From contig DATCPC010000174.1 of assembly GCA_036564355.1 (NCBI GenBank), forward strand, positions 1,576 through 65,575: DNA of 64,000 nt. The letters run 5' to 3'. A program made the position numbers and the translations under genes. The DNA is from Gemmatimonadaceae bacterium (lineage in GTDB: Bacteria; Gemmatimonadota; Gemmatimonadetes; Gemmatimonadales; Gemmatimonadaceae). Under the pieces are notes generated by a model. That model was given only the letters and a program-made list of their open reading frames with translations, made no database searches and was not told the DNA's origin. Of the stretch, positions 46,280-54,583 are shown in pieces (within the stretch, counting starts at the first letter, position 1; every line of letters begins with the position of its first letter).

Positions 46280-48453
46280 TCCACGATCGTCAGCGGCCGC
46301 TCGCGTGACACGTGGCGATGATTCGCACGATCGGTGATCTCCACGTCGATCACGTAGTTGCCGGGCGATGCGGCGCCCAGATCGAGCGTGATGTAATCCA
46401 GGGCGACGGCGCGCGCTGGCGCCTGTCTCGGGAAGGACAGCGAGATGTGATCGCTGCCACTCCCGGAGATGCCGATCGCGCTCTTCACGCCACCGATGAT
46501 CTTCGCCGCGAGCGCGCCGAGGCCGCCGCCCTTCTCGCGTCGCAGCGTGATCGTGACGTCGTACGTCGAGTTGCCGTTCGCCTGCTTCTGCAGATCGTAC
46601 GTTTCCCAGAGCATCGCGAACGACTTTCCGCGATGCACCCGGCCCACGCTCGGCGCGATCTGAAAGTCCGACCATCGCTCGGGCGCAGCGCTCGTGGGCG
46701 ACAGCGAATCGGCGACGAGGATGTCGCTCACGCCGAATCCGCTCGCCGGCAGCAGCTCGACGCGGCTGGCGGAGCGCGCGCCGCGACCGGCGTCCGGCTG
46801 CAGCGCCTCGACGCGGTAGAGAAACGTCCCCGCCTGGAGCCGCAGCCGCCACGACTGCATTTGCTTCACTTCGGGGTGCGCGAAGTCGATCGTCTCGTGC
46901 GTCGTGGACGCGAACACGGGCTTGGCGCGCCAGGTGAATGCCTCCAGCTCCACGTCGAGCGCGCCCTTCGCCAGGTCGACATCCTCCACCAGACGCTTCA
47001 CCGGAAGCTCGGCCGCGAAGAAGATGTCCGACGAGTCATCGCGGGCGCGGAAGCGCGCGAGCGCGACGTTGATCGTGTCGGCCAGCGGCTTCACTCCCGC
47101 ATTCGTCCATGCGACGGGCACGGTATCGCGAAGGCGCGCAGTCTCGCGCGCGTCGTCCGGATCGAGCGTGGCGACGCCGTACGTCGGAAGCTGGCGGAAG
47201 AGAAACGTTTCGTCCGTGCTGTACCACCACAGAATGCGAATGCGATGCTCACCCTGCCTGATCGCATCAGGCGGAAACGAGATCACGGCCGGCGGCGGCC
47301 CGTAGCGCACGTACACATCGCCGCGGTCTGTATCGATGCCGTGAATTCCGAATTCCTCCACCGAAAAGCGCAGCTCGGCAAAGACCGCGCGGCTGAGAAA
47401 CTCGTTCCGTCCCTCATTCTCCGCCGTTGCCCAGAGCGGGTCCGCCATCAGCCAATACATCCGCTCGTCGTTCTCGAGCTCGGACGTGGGTAGCCGGTTG
47501 CGGCTCATGCTGTCCTTCGGCGTGACGATGCGCGAGAGATTCGTGATGCGCGCGCGCTCGCCGGGGGGCAGGTACACCATCGCGCTGTCGTAGGCCAGAC
47601 TCGATTGATGCTCGTCACCGAGTCGATGCGTGCCGAGTCCGAGGCTGAGCCACGCCCAGCCATCGGTGTGATCGTCGAGGAGGCGCACGCGAGCGAGATG
47701 CTCGAGCTCGACCCAGCGCTGCCGATCGACCAGCGCGCGATAGACGTGCTGCATCGCGGCCACGTTCCCCGGCTGCGCCTTCAGCGCCTCGGAAAAGAGC
47801 TCGAACGCCTTCAGATATTCGAGGCCGCCGGACCAGTCCTGCGCCGCGGCGCGAATCGCCTGACGGTCGACGAAGTACGCGATCGATCGCGGGTCTTTCG
47901 TGAAGGTACGGTCCTTTACGTTGCTGATGATGGCGCTGTAGATGTTGCGGTCGGCGATGTCCTCGTACTTGCGCCACCAGGTCATCCCCATTTCGTCGGC
48001 TGCGCGCGAGAGCACCGTCGCATCGTTGCCCTTCCGGGCAGCCTTCAGCGCTTCCTCGAACAGCGGCCTCGCGCGGCCGCGCACGGCGGCGGAGTTGGAC
48101 GTGAGATCGAATCGCCCGAGGTCGACCAGGTAGCCCGGTGAGCCCGGCGCGTAGCGGGTGGCAAGTCGGAGCGATGAGTCGGCGAGATTGAGCAGCGCCT
48201 CGTTGGCGCTGCGCTTCATGAAGCCAGTGCGCTTCTCCGCCCCCGACATGCGCCAGGCGAGAACGCCGCGGCGATGCCAGGCCTCGCCGTCGCTCGCGTT
48301 CGCGCGCACGGCCGCGTCAAGTAGCCGGAGCGCACCGGCGGAGTCGCCCTCCGATGCCAGCGAGTCGGCGCTCGCAAACCGCTTTTCCTGAGTGTCCGCC
48401 TGCGCGCCCAGCGAGCTGGCCGCGAGCAGAAGGACGAGCAAGGCGCACCGCAT
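46276..48453 (-). CDS. Secreted TPR-containing protein, probable GWxTD-domain family
   Basis: 725 aa. Signal peptide MRCALLVLLLAASSLGAQA and N-terminal TPR-like helices. An internal GIDTDRGDVYVRYGPP resembles the GWxTD(RG) signature with Ile in place of Trp. The family call is from memory and tentative. Confidence 0.7.
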   Translation of the reverse strand: MRCALLVLLLAASSLGAQADTQEKRFASADSLASEGDSAGALRLLDAAVRANASDGEAWHRRGVLAWRMSGAEKRTGFMKRSANEALLNLADSSLRLATRYAPGSPGYLVDLGRFDLTSNSAAVRGRARPLFEEALKAARKGNDATVLSRAADEMGMTWWRKYEDIADRNIYSAIISNVKDRTFTKDPRSIAYFVDRQAIRAAAQDWSGGLEYLKAFELFSEALKAQPGNVAAMQHVYRALVDRQRWVELEHLARVRLLDDHTDGWAWLSLGLGTHRLGDEHQSSLAYDSAMVYLPPGERARITNLSRIVTPKDSMSRNRLPTSELENDERMYWLMADPLWATAENEGRNEFLSRAVFAELRFSVEEFGIHGIDTDRGDVYVRYGPPPAVISFPPDAIRQGEHRIRILWWYSTDETFLFRQLPTYGVATLDPDDARETARLRDTVPVAWTNAGVKPLADTINVALARFRARDDSSDIFFAAELPVKRLVEDVDLAKGALDVELEAFTWRAKPVFASTTHETIDFAHPEVKQMQSWRLRLQAGTFLYRVEALQPDAGRGARSASRVELLPASGFGVSDILVADSLSPTSAAPERWSDFQIAPSVGRVHRGKSFAMLWETYDLQKQANGNSTYDVTITLRREKGGGLGALAAKIIGGVKSAIGISGSGSDHISLSFPRQAPARAVALDYITLDLGAASPGNYVIDVEITDRANHRHVSRERPLTIVE

Positions 48454-48541
48454 ACTGGATAGTTCCGTCCCGTGCGCGATGCTGTCAAGAGACCGCTTGT
48501 GAGCTCACGAATTTCGGACGCCAATACCATCAACCGCGCGG

Positions 48542-49597
48542 TTATCGGCCGAAAATCCTCGACCACCAGGGCTGCCGTTTTGCGCGCTTCGCGTCCTCCG
48601 CGGATTCGATCATCTGCGCGTATGCCTTGATCAGCCCCGGCGCCGTCGGGGTACTCGGCGTTGGAGGAGTGAAGGAGGCACCCGGCGTGGACGCCTGGGC
48701 GCCCGCGGCGGGCGACCTCTTCCGCGCTGCCGCTGAAAGGGGGGATGCGCGCGATGGTGCCGGCGGGGCCACGCGAGGCTTGGGCTCTGCCGCGATGCCT
48801 GTCGAGAAATCAGGCGTGTCGCGGTCCAGCCGGGCGCGCGTGTTTCGGGCGCGCGGTATCGTCCCCACTCGCCTCTGGCGCTGAGCAGCCTTGTCGGCAG
48901 TCTCATTTCCCAGCTGCGTCTTCCCGGCCGCCGTGTAGATCTTTGCGAGCGCCGTGAGCGTTCGCACCATCTCCGCGTCGCCGGCCTGCGCGCGCTCCTG
49001 CAGCACGAGCGCCCGACGCACCATCTCCTCCGCCACCTCGTGCTCGCCAAGCGAGCTCCGCGCGCTCGCCACGGCCAGCATGAGCGAGATTGCGTGCGGG
49101 TGCGATTCGCCGAGCGATTTCTGCTTGATGGCGAGCAGCCGCCCCAGCAGGGGCGCCGCGGCGCGCCACTCGGACTTACGGTTGTGGAGACGTGCGAGGT
49201 TGCTCAGCGTGACCGTCATGTCGACGTGCAGCTCCCCGAGCTGGGCGTCGCCGATTGCGAGTGCGCGCCGGTAGAGCCGTTCAGCCTGTTCGAGCTCTCC
49301 GCGCGACAGATACGGCGCGGCGAGATCGTTGAGCGCCTGCATGAGATCCACCGACTCCATGCCGAGCGCCTGCTCGCGGATCGTGAGCGCGCGTCGGAAG
49401 TAGCTCTCGGACTGCGTGAAATCACGTAGGGAGAACGCGACCTGTCCGAGCTCGGTCAGTGTGACCGCTCCCAGTAACGTCGCTTGCCGGAGGGCGGCGA
49501 TGTACTGCTGCTCAGCCTCGGCAAACTCGGCCCGCTCGAAGTGACGGCGGCCCGTTTCGTTGTGCACCTTCCAGCGTTCTTCCGTGGAACCGGCCAT
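48542..49597 (-). CDS. TPR-repeat protein with a low-complexity Pro/Ala/Arg-rich C-terminal tail
   Basis: About 7 TPR-like units (AEQQYIAALRQA, SESYFRRALTIRE, AERLYRRALAI, ...). I prefer the ATG at 49595-49597 over the TTG at 49609. Confidence 0.75.
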   Translation of the reverse strand: MAGSTEERWKVHNETGRRHFERAEFAEAEQQYIAALRQATLLGAVTLTELGQVAFSLRDFTQSESYFRRALTIREQALGMESVDLMQALNDLAAPYLSRGELEQAERLYRRALAIGDAQLGELHVDMTVTLSNLARLHNRKSEWRAAAPLLGRLLAIKQKSLGESHPHAISLMLAVASARSSLGEHEVAEEMVRRALVLQERAQAGDAEMVRTLTALAKIYTAAGKTQLGNETADKAAQRQRRVGTIPRARNTRARLDRDTPDFSTGIAAEPKPRVAPPAPSRASPLSAAARKRSPAAGAQASTPGASFTPPTPSTPTAPGLIKAYAQMIESAEDAKRAKRQPWWSRIFGR

Positions 49598-49676
49598 ACA
49601 GCTCCCCAAGACGGCTAGCTAGTGAGCTCATCAGCTCACGCAAGTGGTGCACCTTGAACCGCGATATATGGACGAT

Positions 49677-50705
49677 TCAGAAGAGCGTCGGTTGGCCTGG
49701 ATGTGTGGCGGGGGGCAAAAACCCGAAATGGCGGTAGGCCTGCTGGGTGGCCATCCGGCCTCGGGGCGTCCGCTGGAGGAAGCCATTCTGCACGAGAAAA
49801 GGCTCGTACACCTCCTCGATGGTGAGCTCATCCTCGCCGATCGCCGCGGCAATGGTCTTCACGCCAACCGGGCCGCCGTCGAACTTCTCGATGATCGTCT
49901 TGATGATCCGCGCGTCCATGTCGTCGAGTCCGAACTGGTCGACGTCGAGCATCGCGAGCGCGGCGTCGGCGAGATCGCGGGTGATGCGGCCATTTCCCTT
50001 CACCTGGGCGTAGTCGCGCACGCGACGGAGCAACCGGTTCGCGACGCGCGGCGTCCCGCGCGAGCGGCGCGCCAGCTCCATCGCCCCACCCTCATCGATC
50101 TCGACCTTGAGCACCTCGGCGGACCGCGACACGATCTGCTCGAGATCCTCCATCGGATAGAAGTTGAGGCGCAGCGGAATGCCGAAGCGCGCGCGCATGG
50201 GCGACGTGAGCATCCCAAAGCGCGTCGTCGCACCGATGAGGGTGAAGGGCTCGATGTTCATCGTGATCGTCTGCGCCTTGGGGCCGTCGCTCAGACGGAT
50301 TTCGATCTTGTAGTCCTCCATCGCCGGGTAGAGAAACTCCTCGATGATCGGACGCAGGCGGTGAATCTCATCGATGAACAGGATGTCTCGCGCGCGTAGG
50401 TTCGTAAGCGTGCCCACCAGATCGCCGGCCTTCTCGAGCGCGGGCCCCGACGTGGTGTGGATGTTGACGCCGAGCTCGCGGCCGATGAGCTCCGCGAGCG
50501 TCGTCTTGCCGAGCCCCGGTGGCCCGTAGAAGAGCGTGTGATCGAGGGGCTCGTTGCGCGCGCGCGCGGCCTCGATGTAGATCGCGAGGCTGTCCTTCAC
50601 CTTCTGCTGGCCGATGAATTCGGCGAGCCGCTGCGGCCGCAGCGACAGCTCGACCACCGATTCGTCGGCGATGACCTCCGGGGTCGTGATCTCCGCGCGG
50701 GACAT
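49677..50705 (-). CDS. ruvB: Holliday junction DNA helicase RuvB
   Basis: Motifs seen: [26 protein letters not shown] (Walker A), [10 protein letters not shown] (Walker B), [18 protein letters not shown]. The start is the ATG at 50705 or the GTG at 50717. Confidence 0.95.
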   Translation of the reverse strand: MSRAEITTPEVIADESVVELSLRPQRLAEFIGQQKVKDSLAIYIEAARARNEPLDHTLFYGPPGLGKTTLAELIGRELGVNIHTTSGPALEKAGDLVGTLTNLRARDILFIDEIHRLRPIIEEFLYPAMEDYKIEIRLSDGPKAQTITMNIEPFTLIGATTRFGMLTSPMRARFGIPLRLNFYPMEDLEQIVSRSAEVLKVEIDEGGAMELARRSRGTPRVANRLLRRVRDYAQVKGNGRITRDLADAALAMLDVDQFGLDDMDARIIKTIIEKFDGGPVGVKTIAAAIGEDELTIEEVYEPFLVQNGFLQRTPRGRMATQQAYRHFGFLPPATHPGQPTLF

Positions 50706-50856
50706 GGACTGAATCACTTCGGATTCTCTTATGAGTGAACTTTTGTTGCGATGAATGCTGTCAACTCACGTGGAGCTATGGCCCACCTTCAACAACTCAC
50801 ACTCATCAATGGTTCTGGCATCAGTGTGTTTCGCGACAGTGTCACGACTACAACAG

Positions 50857-51438
50857 CTAGTTGTTTGCGAAAGCTATGAGAGCTGCGAAGCTGCCCTTGT
50901 CAGCTTCTCTTAGGGCTTGCAGGTAAGCCGATCTCGCTTGTCCCTCATGAAATAGATTTGTGCGACCCCATGTCAGTCGTGGGACATCGTGTGCGTACAG
51001 TAGCGCATCCACGAGCATGCGTGTGTGTCGACCGTTTCCATTGGGGAATGGGTGAATTGCAACCATGCGATGATGTAGGCGAACGGCCGATTCGGAAAGT
51101 GTGTACGTGTCTTGGTTCACCCAGTAACGCGCACTATCCAGTGCGTCCTTTACACTTGACAGTATGGAATAGGCGGGAACGCCGAGGTTTTTTTGTGTGA
51201 GGCGATATCTTCCTGCCCATTCCCAGGTTTTGCTGAACATCTTGCGGTGCAGTCTCCGACCGAACGCCTCTGTGAGAATGTCAGACCGCTTGCGCTCGAA
51301 CAGCCATCCTTCGGCGAGCAATATGTTAGTCTGCTCCCATTCGTTGAGTTGGCTCGCTGTGTCAATGTGGGTAGGGATCAAACCTTGAGCTTCATCTGGG
51401 TCAAGTGGGGTCGCGCCGTCCGCGTACACAAACTTCAT
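50857..51438 (-). CDS. Fic-domain protein ('mobile mystery protein B' type)
   Basis: 193 aa with Fic active-site motif HPFPNGNGRHTR. Paired with an upstream XRE-HTH gene at 1-nt spacing. Confidence 0.9.
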   Translation of the reverse strand: MKFVYADGATPLDPDEAQGLIPTHIDTASQLNEWEQTNILLAEGWLFERKRSDILTEAFGRRLHRKMFSKTWEWAGRYRLTQKNLGVPAYSILSSVKDALDSARYWVNQDTYTLSESAVRLHHRMVAIHPFPNGNGRHTRMLVDALLYAHDVPRLTWGRTNLFHEGQARSAYLQALREADKGSFAALIAFANN

Positions 51439-51439
51439 G

Positions 51440-51901
51440 TCAGTTCCAAAGATTGCGCGGAGGCTTTTCTATGAGTTCTGCCACTAATTCATCGAACTGT
51501 CGGTCGCTTTCTGTTTCGGGAACGGCTTGATCCTCCAACTTCATTGTGTGTTTGGTTCGATCCAGTCTCTCGCGAGCTATGCGATGTATTTGGGTGTTTA
51601 GCATTTCATTCAGGGTCTGGTGTGGGACTATGGCATAGATCAGTTCTCCGCCAAGGCCGCGCGCAGCTTTGCGCAGTGTGTTCAACGTGACCGTGCCGTC
51701 GGCTTCGCTTTCCTCGAGTTGGCTTACGGCAGGCTGAGAGATTCCTATTCGCTTCCCAAGTTGTGCTGCAGTCATCTGAAGGGCTTCGCGAATTTCCCTA
51801 ATCCACCCCTTTTGCGGAGCCGAAGCCCTTCGAATCTCTCGGAATGGCGAAAGTGTCTCATCGAGCTGACGGATTTTAAGCGCTTTCAGGCTTTTGCTCA
51901 T
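51440..51901 (-). CDS. XRE-family HTH protein ('mobile mystery protein A' type)
   Basis: 153 aa with HTH MTAAQLGKRIGISQPAVSQLE. Strong SD (AAAGGAG) 7 nt upstream of the ATG at 51899-51901. Confidence 0.85.
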   Translation of the reverse strand: MSKSLKALKIRQLDETLSPFREIRRASAPQKGWIREIREALQMTAAQLGKRIGISQPAVSQLEESEADGTVTLNTLRKAARGLGGELIYAIVPHQTLNEMLNTQIHRIARERLDRTKHTMKLEDQAVPETESDRQFDELVAELIEKPPRNLWN

Positions 51902-51969
51902 TCTTTAGCTCCTTTCGTTAACCCGGCCCTTTGGGCTTTGATCGTTTATTTTTCTCTTCTTTTTGTTAT

Positions 51970-52087
51970 TATAAGCTATAGCTTATTTAGTTTGTTATTA
52001 AAAACAAGCTATTACTTATATTTTAATAGCAATTCAATAATCGATAGCTTATAAAATAGTGACAATATTATAAGCTTTGGCTTATAA
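51970..52087. promoter_or_regulatory. Array of four 18-bp inverted repeats (consensus TATAAGC-N4-GCTTATA) with 33-bp centre-to-centre spacing; putative operator array
   Basis: Site 1, 51970-51987: TATAAGC TATA GCTTATT. Site 2, 52003-52020: AACAAGC TATT ACTTATA. Site 3, 52036-52053: AATAATC GATA GCTTATA. Site 4, 52069-52086: TATAAGC TTTG GCTTATA. Centres are 51978.5, 52011.5, 52044.5 and 52077.5. Confidence 0.6.
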
Positions 52088-52200
52088 TATTGATTCAATT
52101 TCGCAAGTTCTAATAAGGCGCAACACCGAAGGCCTAACGCGGTCTAATGGGGCGATCTCAAGAAAAGAGGTTCATTCACCCCTAGCCCATACCAGACCGG

Positions 52201-53358
52201 CTAGACGCTAGCGCGGAGGTTCGCGAGCCGCTCGCCCGCAGCGATGAGCGTCTCGTGCTTCTTGCAGAAGGCGAAGCGCACCAGCTTGCGGCCGCCGTCG
52301 CCAGCGCGGAAGAAGCTCGAGCCGGGCACCGGCGCTACTCCGACGTCGCGCGTGAGCCACTGCGCGAACTCGACGTCGCCGAGATCGCTCAGCTGTGAGA
52401 AGTCGGCGAGAATGTAGTACGCGCCTTCGGGAACGGTGAACGAGAATCCGCCCTCGCGCAGGGCATCGCACAGGATGTCGCGGCGTGCACGGTACTCGAG
52501 CGAGAGATGGTTGTAGTAGTCGGCATCGAAGGCCATGCCGATCGCGCCGGCTTCCTGTAGCGGCGCCGGCGCGCCGACGGTGAGAAAATCGTGCACCTTC
52601 CGAATCGCCACCGATTCCTTCTCCGGTGCAATCGCGTAGCCGAGTCGCCAACCGGTGCAGCTGAATGTCTTCGAGAGGCCGGAGATCGTGATCGTCCGCT
52701 CGGCCATCCCGGGCCATTTCGCGAGCGAATGATGGTCGCCGGCGTAGCGGATGTGCTCGTAAATCTCGTCGGTAAAGGCGTAGACATCGTGCTTCACGCA
52801 CAGCTCCGCGATGAGGGAGATCTCGTCACGCGTGAGCACGCGTCCCGTCGGATTGTGCGGCGTGTTGACGATGATCGCCCTGGTCTTGCTCGTGAATGCC
52901 GCGCGCAGCTTGTCCGGGTCGATCGTCCACCCCGGCTGCGTGAGCGGCACGAACACCGGCGTCGCCTCGGCAAGAATCGCATCCGGGCCGTAGTTCTCGT
53001 AATACGGCTCGAACACGATCACCTCGTCGCCCGGGTTCACAAGGGCGAGAAATACCGCCGCCATCGCCTCCGTCGCGCCGCACGTGACGGTGACGTTGCG
53101 CTCCGAATCGACATCCATTCCGTACCAGCGCCGATACTTCGCGGCGATCGCGGTCCGCAGCGAGGGGGTGCCCCACGTGATCGCGTACTGGTTGATGTCT
53201 GCCTGAATCGCCGTGCATGCCGCATCCTTGAGCGGCTGCGGCATCGGAAAGTCGGGCATTCCCTGGGCGAGGTTGAGCGCGCCATGCTCGTTGGCTATGC
53301 GCGTCATCTCACGGATCACCGATTCGGTGAACGTGTTGGTGCGGCGGGCTGTGGGCAT
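52201..53358 (-). CDS. Class I/II PLP-dependent aminotransferase (YbdL/kynurenine-aminotransferase-like)
   Basis: 385 aa. Motifs seen: LNLAQGMPDFP, NPHNPTGRV, and the PLP-Lys region SGLSKTFSCTGWRLGY. Confidence 0.9.
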   Translation of the reverse strand: MPTARRTNTFTESVIREMTRIANEHGALNLAQGMPDFPMPQPLKDAACTAIQADINQYAITWGTPSLRTAIAAKYRRWYGMDVDSERNVTVTCGATEAMAAVFLALVNPGDEVIVFEPYYENYGPDAILAEATPVFVPLTQPGWTIDPDKLRAAFTSKTRAIIVNTPHNPTGRVLTRDEISLIAELCVKHDVYAFTDEIYEHIRYAGDHHSLAKWPGMAERTITISGLSKTFSCTGWRLGYAIAPEKESVAIRKVHDFLTVGAPAPLQEAGAIGMAFDADYYNHLSLEYRARRDILCDALREGGFSFTVPEGAYYILADFSQLSDLGDVEFAQWLTRDVGVAPVPGSSFFRAGDGGRKLVRFAFCKKHETLIAAGERLANLRASV

Positions 53359-53421
53359 GCTCGAAGTTGCTCGTGCAGCGCGATCAACGCAACCGCGCGC
53401 GGCCGCTTGCGAAAATTCCGC

Positions 53422-54024
53422 TCAGCGACCGCCGATCTTCGCCAGCGCCGCGCGAATGAGCTCCGGCGCCGACAGCTTGACGGGTCCAGTGTCGAGCACC
53501 GAGCGCACGGCCTTTTCCGCGTCCACCGTGGCGTAGCCGAGCGACACCAGCGCGCGGATCGCGTCCTCCGCTTGCGCCCCCTCGGCGCGCACGCCCGAGA
53601 CCACCGGGGAGCCCGCCACGTCGTCGAGCTTGTCCGAGAGATCGAGCACGAGCCGCTCCGCCTTCTTCTTGCCGACACGCGGCACGCCCTGGAGCGTCGC
53701 GATGTCCTTCTCGCGAATCGCGCGCACGAGCCGGTCGGCCGAGAGCGTGGACAGTAGCCCGAGCGCAAGCGATGGTCCGACGCCGTTCGCCGTGAGCAGC
53801 CGCTGAAAGACTCGCTTCTCGTTGACGGTCGCAAATCCGAAGAGTAGCCACGCATCGTCGCGTACGACGAGATGCGTATGGAGCATCGTCTCCTCGCCGA
53901 TGCGCGGAAGCGTCTCGTACACGCCGAGCGGAATCGCGAGCTCGTAGGCGACGCCACCGCTCGTGAAGATCTCCACGCGGTCGAGCTCCTTCGCGACCAA
54001 CTTCCCTTGAATTCGAGCGATCAA
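53422..54024 (-). CDS. ruvA: Holliday junction DNA helicase RuvA
   Basis: 200 aa with a TTG start. Motifs seen: MIARIQGKLV...VEIFTSGGVAYEL, HhH region LLTANGVGPSLALGLL, and GVPRVGKKKAERLVLDL. Confidence 0.95.
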   Translation of the reverse strand: MIARIQGKLVAKELDRVEIFTSGGVAYELAIPLGVYETLPRIGEETMLHTHLVVRDDAWLLFGFATVNEKRVFQRLLTANGVGPSLALGLLSTLSADRLVRAIREKDIATLQGVPRVGKKKAERLVLDLSDKLDDVAGSPVVSGVRAEGAQAEDAIRALVSLGYATVDAEKAVRSVLDTGPVKLSAPELIRAALAKIGGR

Positions 54025-54090
54025 TATTGCACGCTCGCTGAGGTGAGGCGCACGCTCGCCTGGCGGACGCGCAACTGGTGTGTCATCGCT

Positions 54091-54573
54091 TCACCCCGCC
54101 ATCCGGCCGCCCATGATGTGCGCGAGGGCCGCGGCCGTGCCATCCGCGGCATCGGTGGGCTGCGGGGTGGTCCTGAGTCGCAGCAGCTTCGTGACCATGA
54201 ACTGCACCTGCTCCTTCGTTGCGGCGCCCGTGCCCACGACCGCCTTCTTGATCTCGGCCGGCGGATACTCGTGGATCGCGAGCTCGGCCTGCTGCGCCGC
54301 GAGCAGAATCACGCCGCGCGCGTGCCCGAGCACGACCGTCGTGCGAACGTTCTTGGCGTAGAACACGTCCTCGATCGACATCGCATCGGGGCGATGGCGC
54401 TCGATCAGGAGCACGACGTCGTCGAAGATCTCGCGCAGCCGCGAGGGGAGGGGATCGCGCGCGTGCGTGCGGATCACGCCGCACTCGACCAGCGTCATCG
54501 TGCCGAATGGCTCGCCCTGCACCACGCCGTAGCCCGTCGCGGCGGTGCCGGGATCGATCCCGAGGACGATCAC
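54091..54573 (-). CDS. ruvC: Crossover junction endodeoxyribonuclease RuvC
   Basis: 160 aa. Motifs seen: VLGIDPGTAATGYGVV, AMSIEDVFYAKNV, and ...ADGTAAALAH. Confidence 0.95.
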   Translation of the reverse strand: MIVLGIDPGTAATGYGVVQGEPFGTMTLVECGVIRTHARDPLPSRLREIFDDVVLLIERHRPDAMSIEDVFYAKNVRTTVVLGHARGVILLAAQQAELAIHEYPPAEIKKAVVGTGAATKEQVQFMVTKLLRLRTTPQPTDAADGTAAALAHIMGGRMAG

Positions 54574-54583
54574 GGCTGGCGGC

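Larger units (their letters stand above)
50718..52200. mobile_element. Putative horizontally acquired low-GC islet (HTH/Fic pair plus an AT-rich leader); no integrase or transposase, boundaries approximate
   Basis: My spot GC counts: 42/60 in ruvB (50401-50460), 31/60 inside fic (50941-51000), 11/60 (51961-52020) and 14/60 (52021-52080). Both flanking genes are about 70% GC. Confidence 0.45.

Noticed and set aside
51970-52087. The 33-bp periodic repeats as a miniature CRISPR array.
   Set aside because: The repeats are degenerate 18-bp palindromes in 20% GC DNA, separated by only 15-bp spacers. There are four units and no cas genes in the window. The position directly upstream of an HTH gene fits an operator array better.
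50718-52200. Target-site duplication, att sites or a tRNA at the islet borders.
   Set aside because: I compared 50718-50860 with 52087-52200 by eye and found no convincing direct repeat, only short matches of 5-7 nt such as TTTCGC and CAACA. There is no tRNA-like sequence. The boundaries remain approximate.
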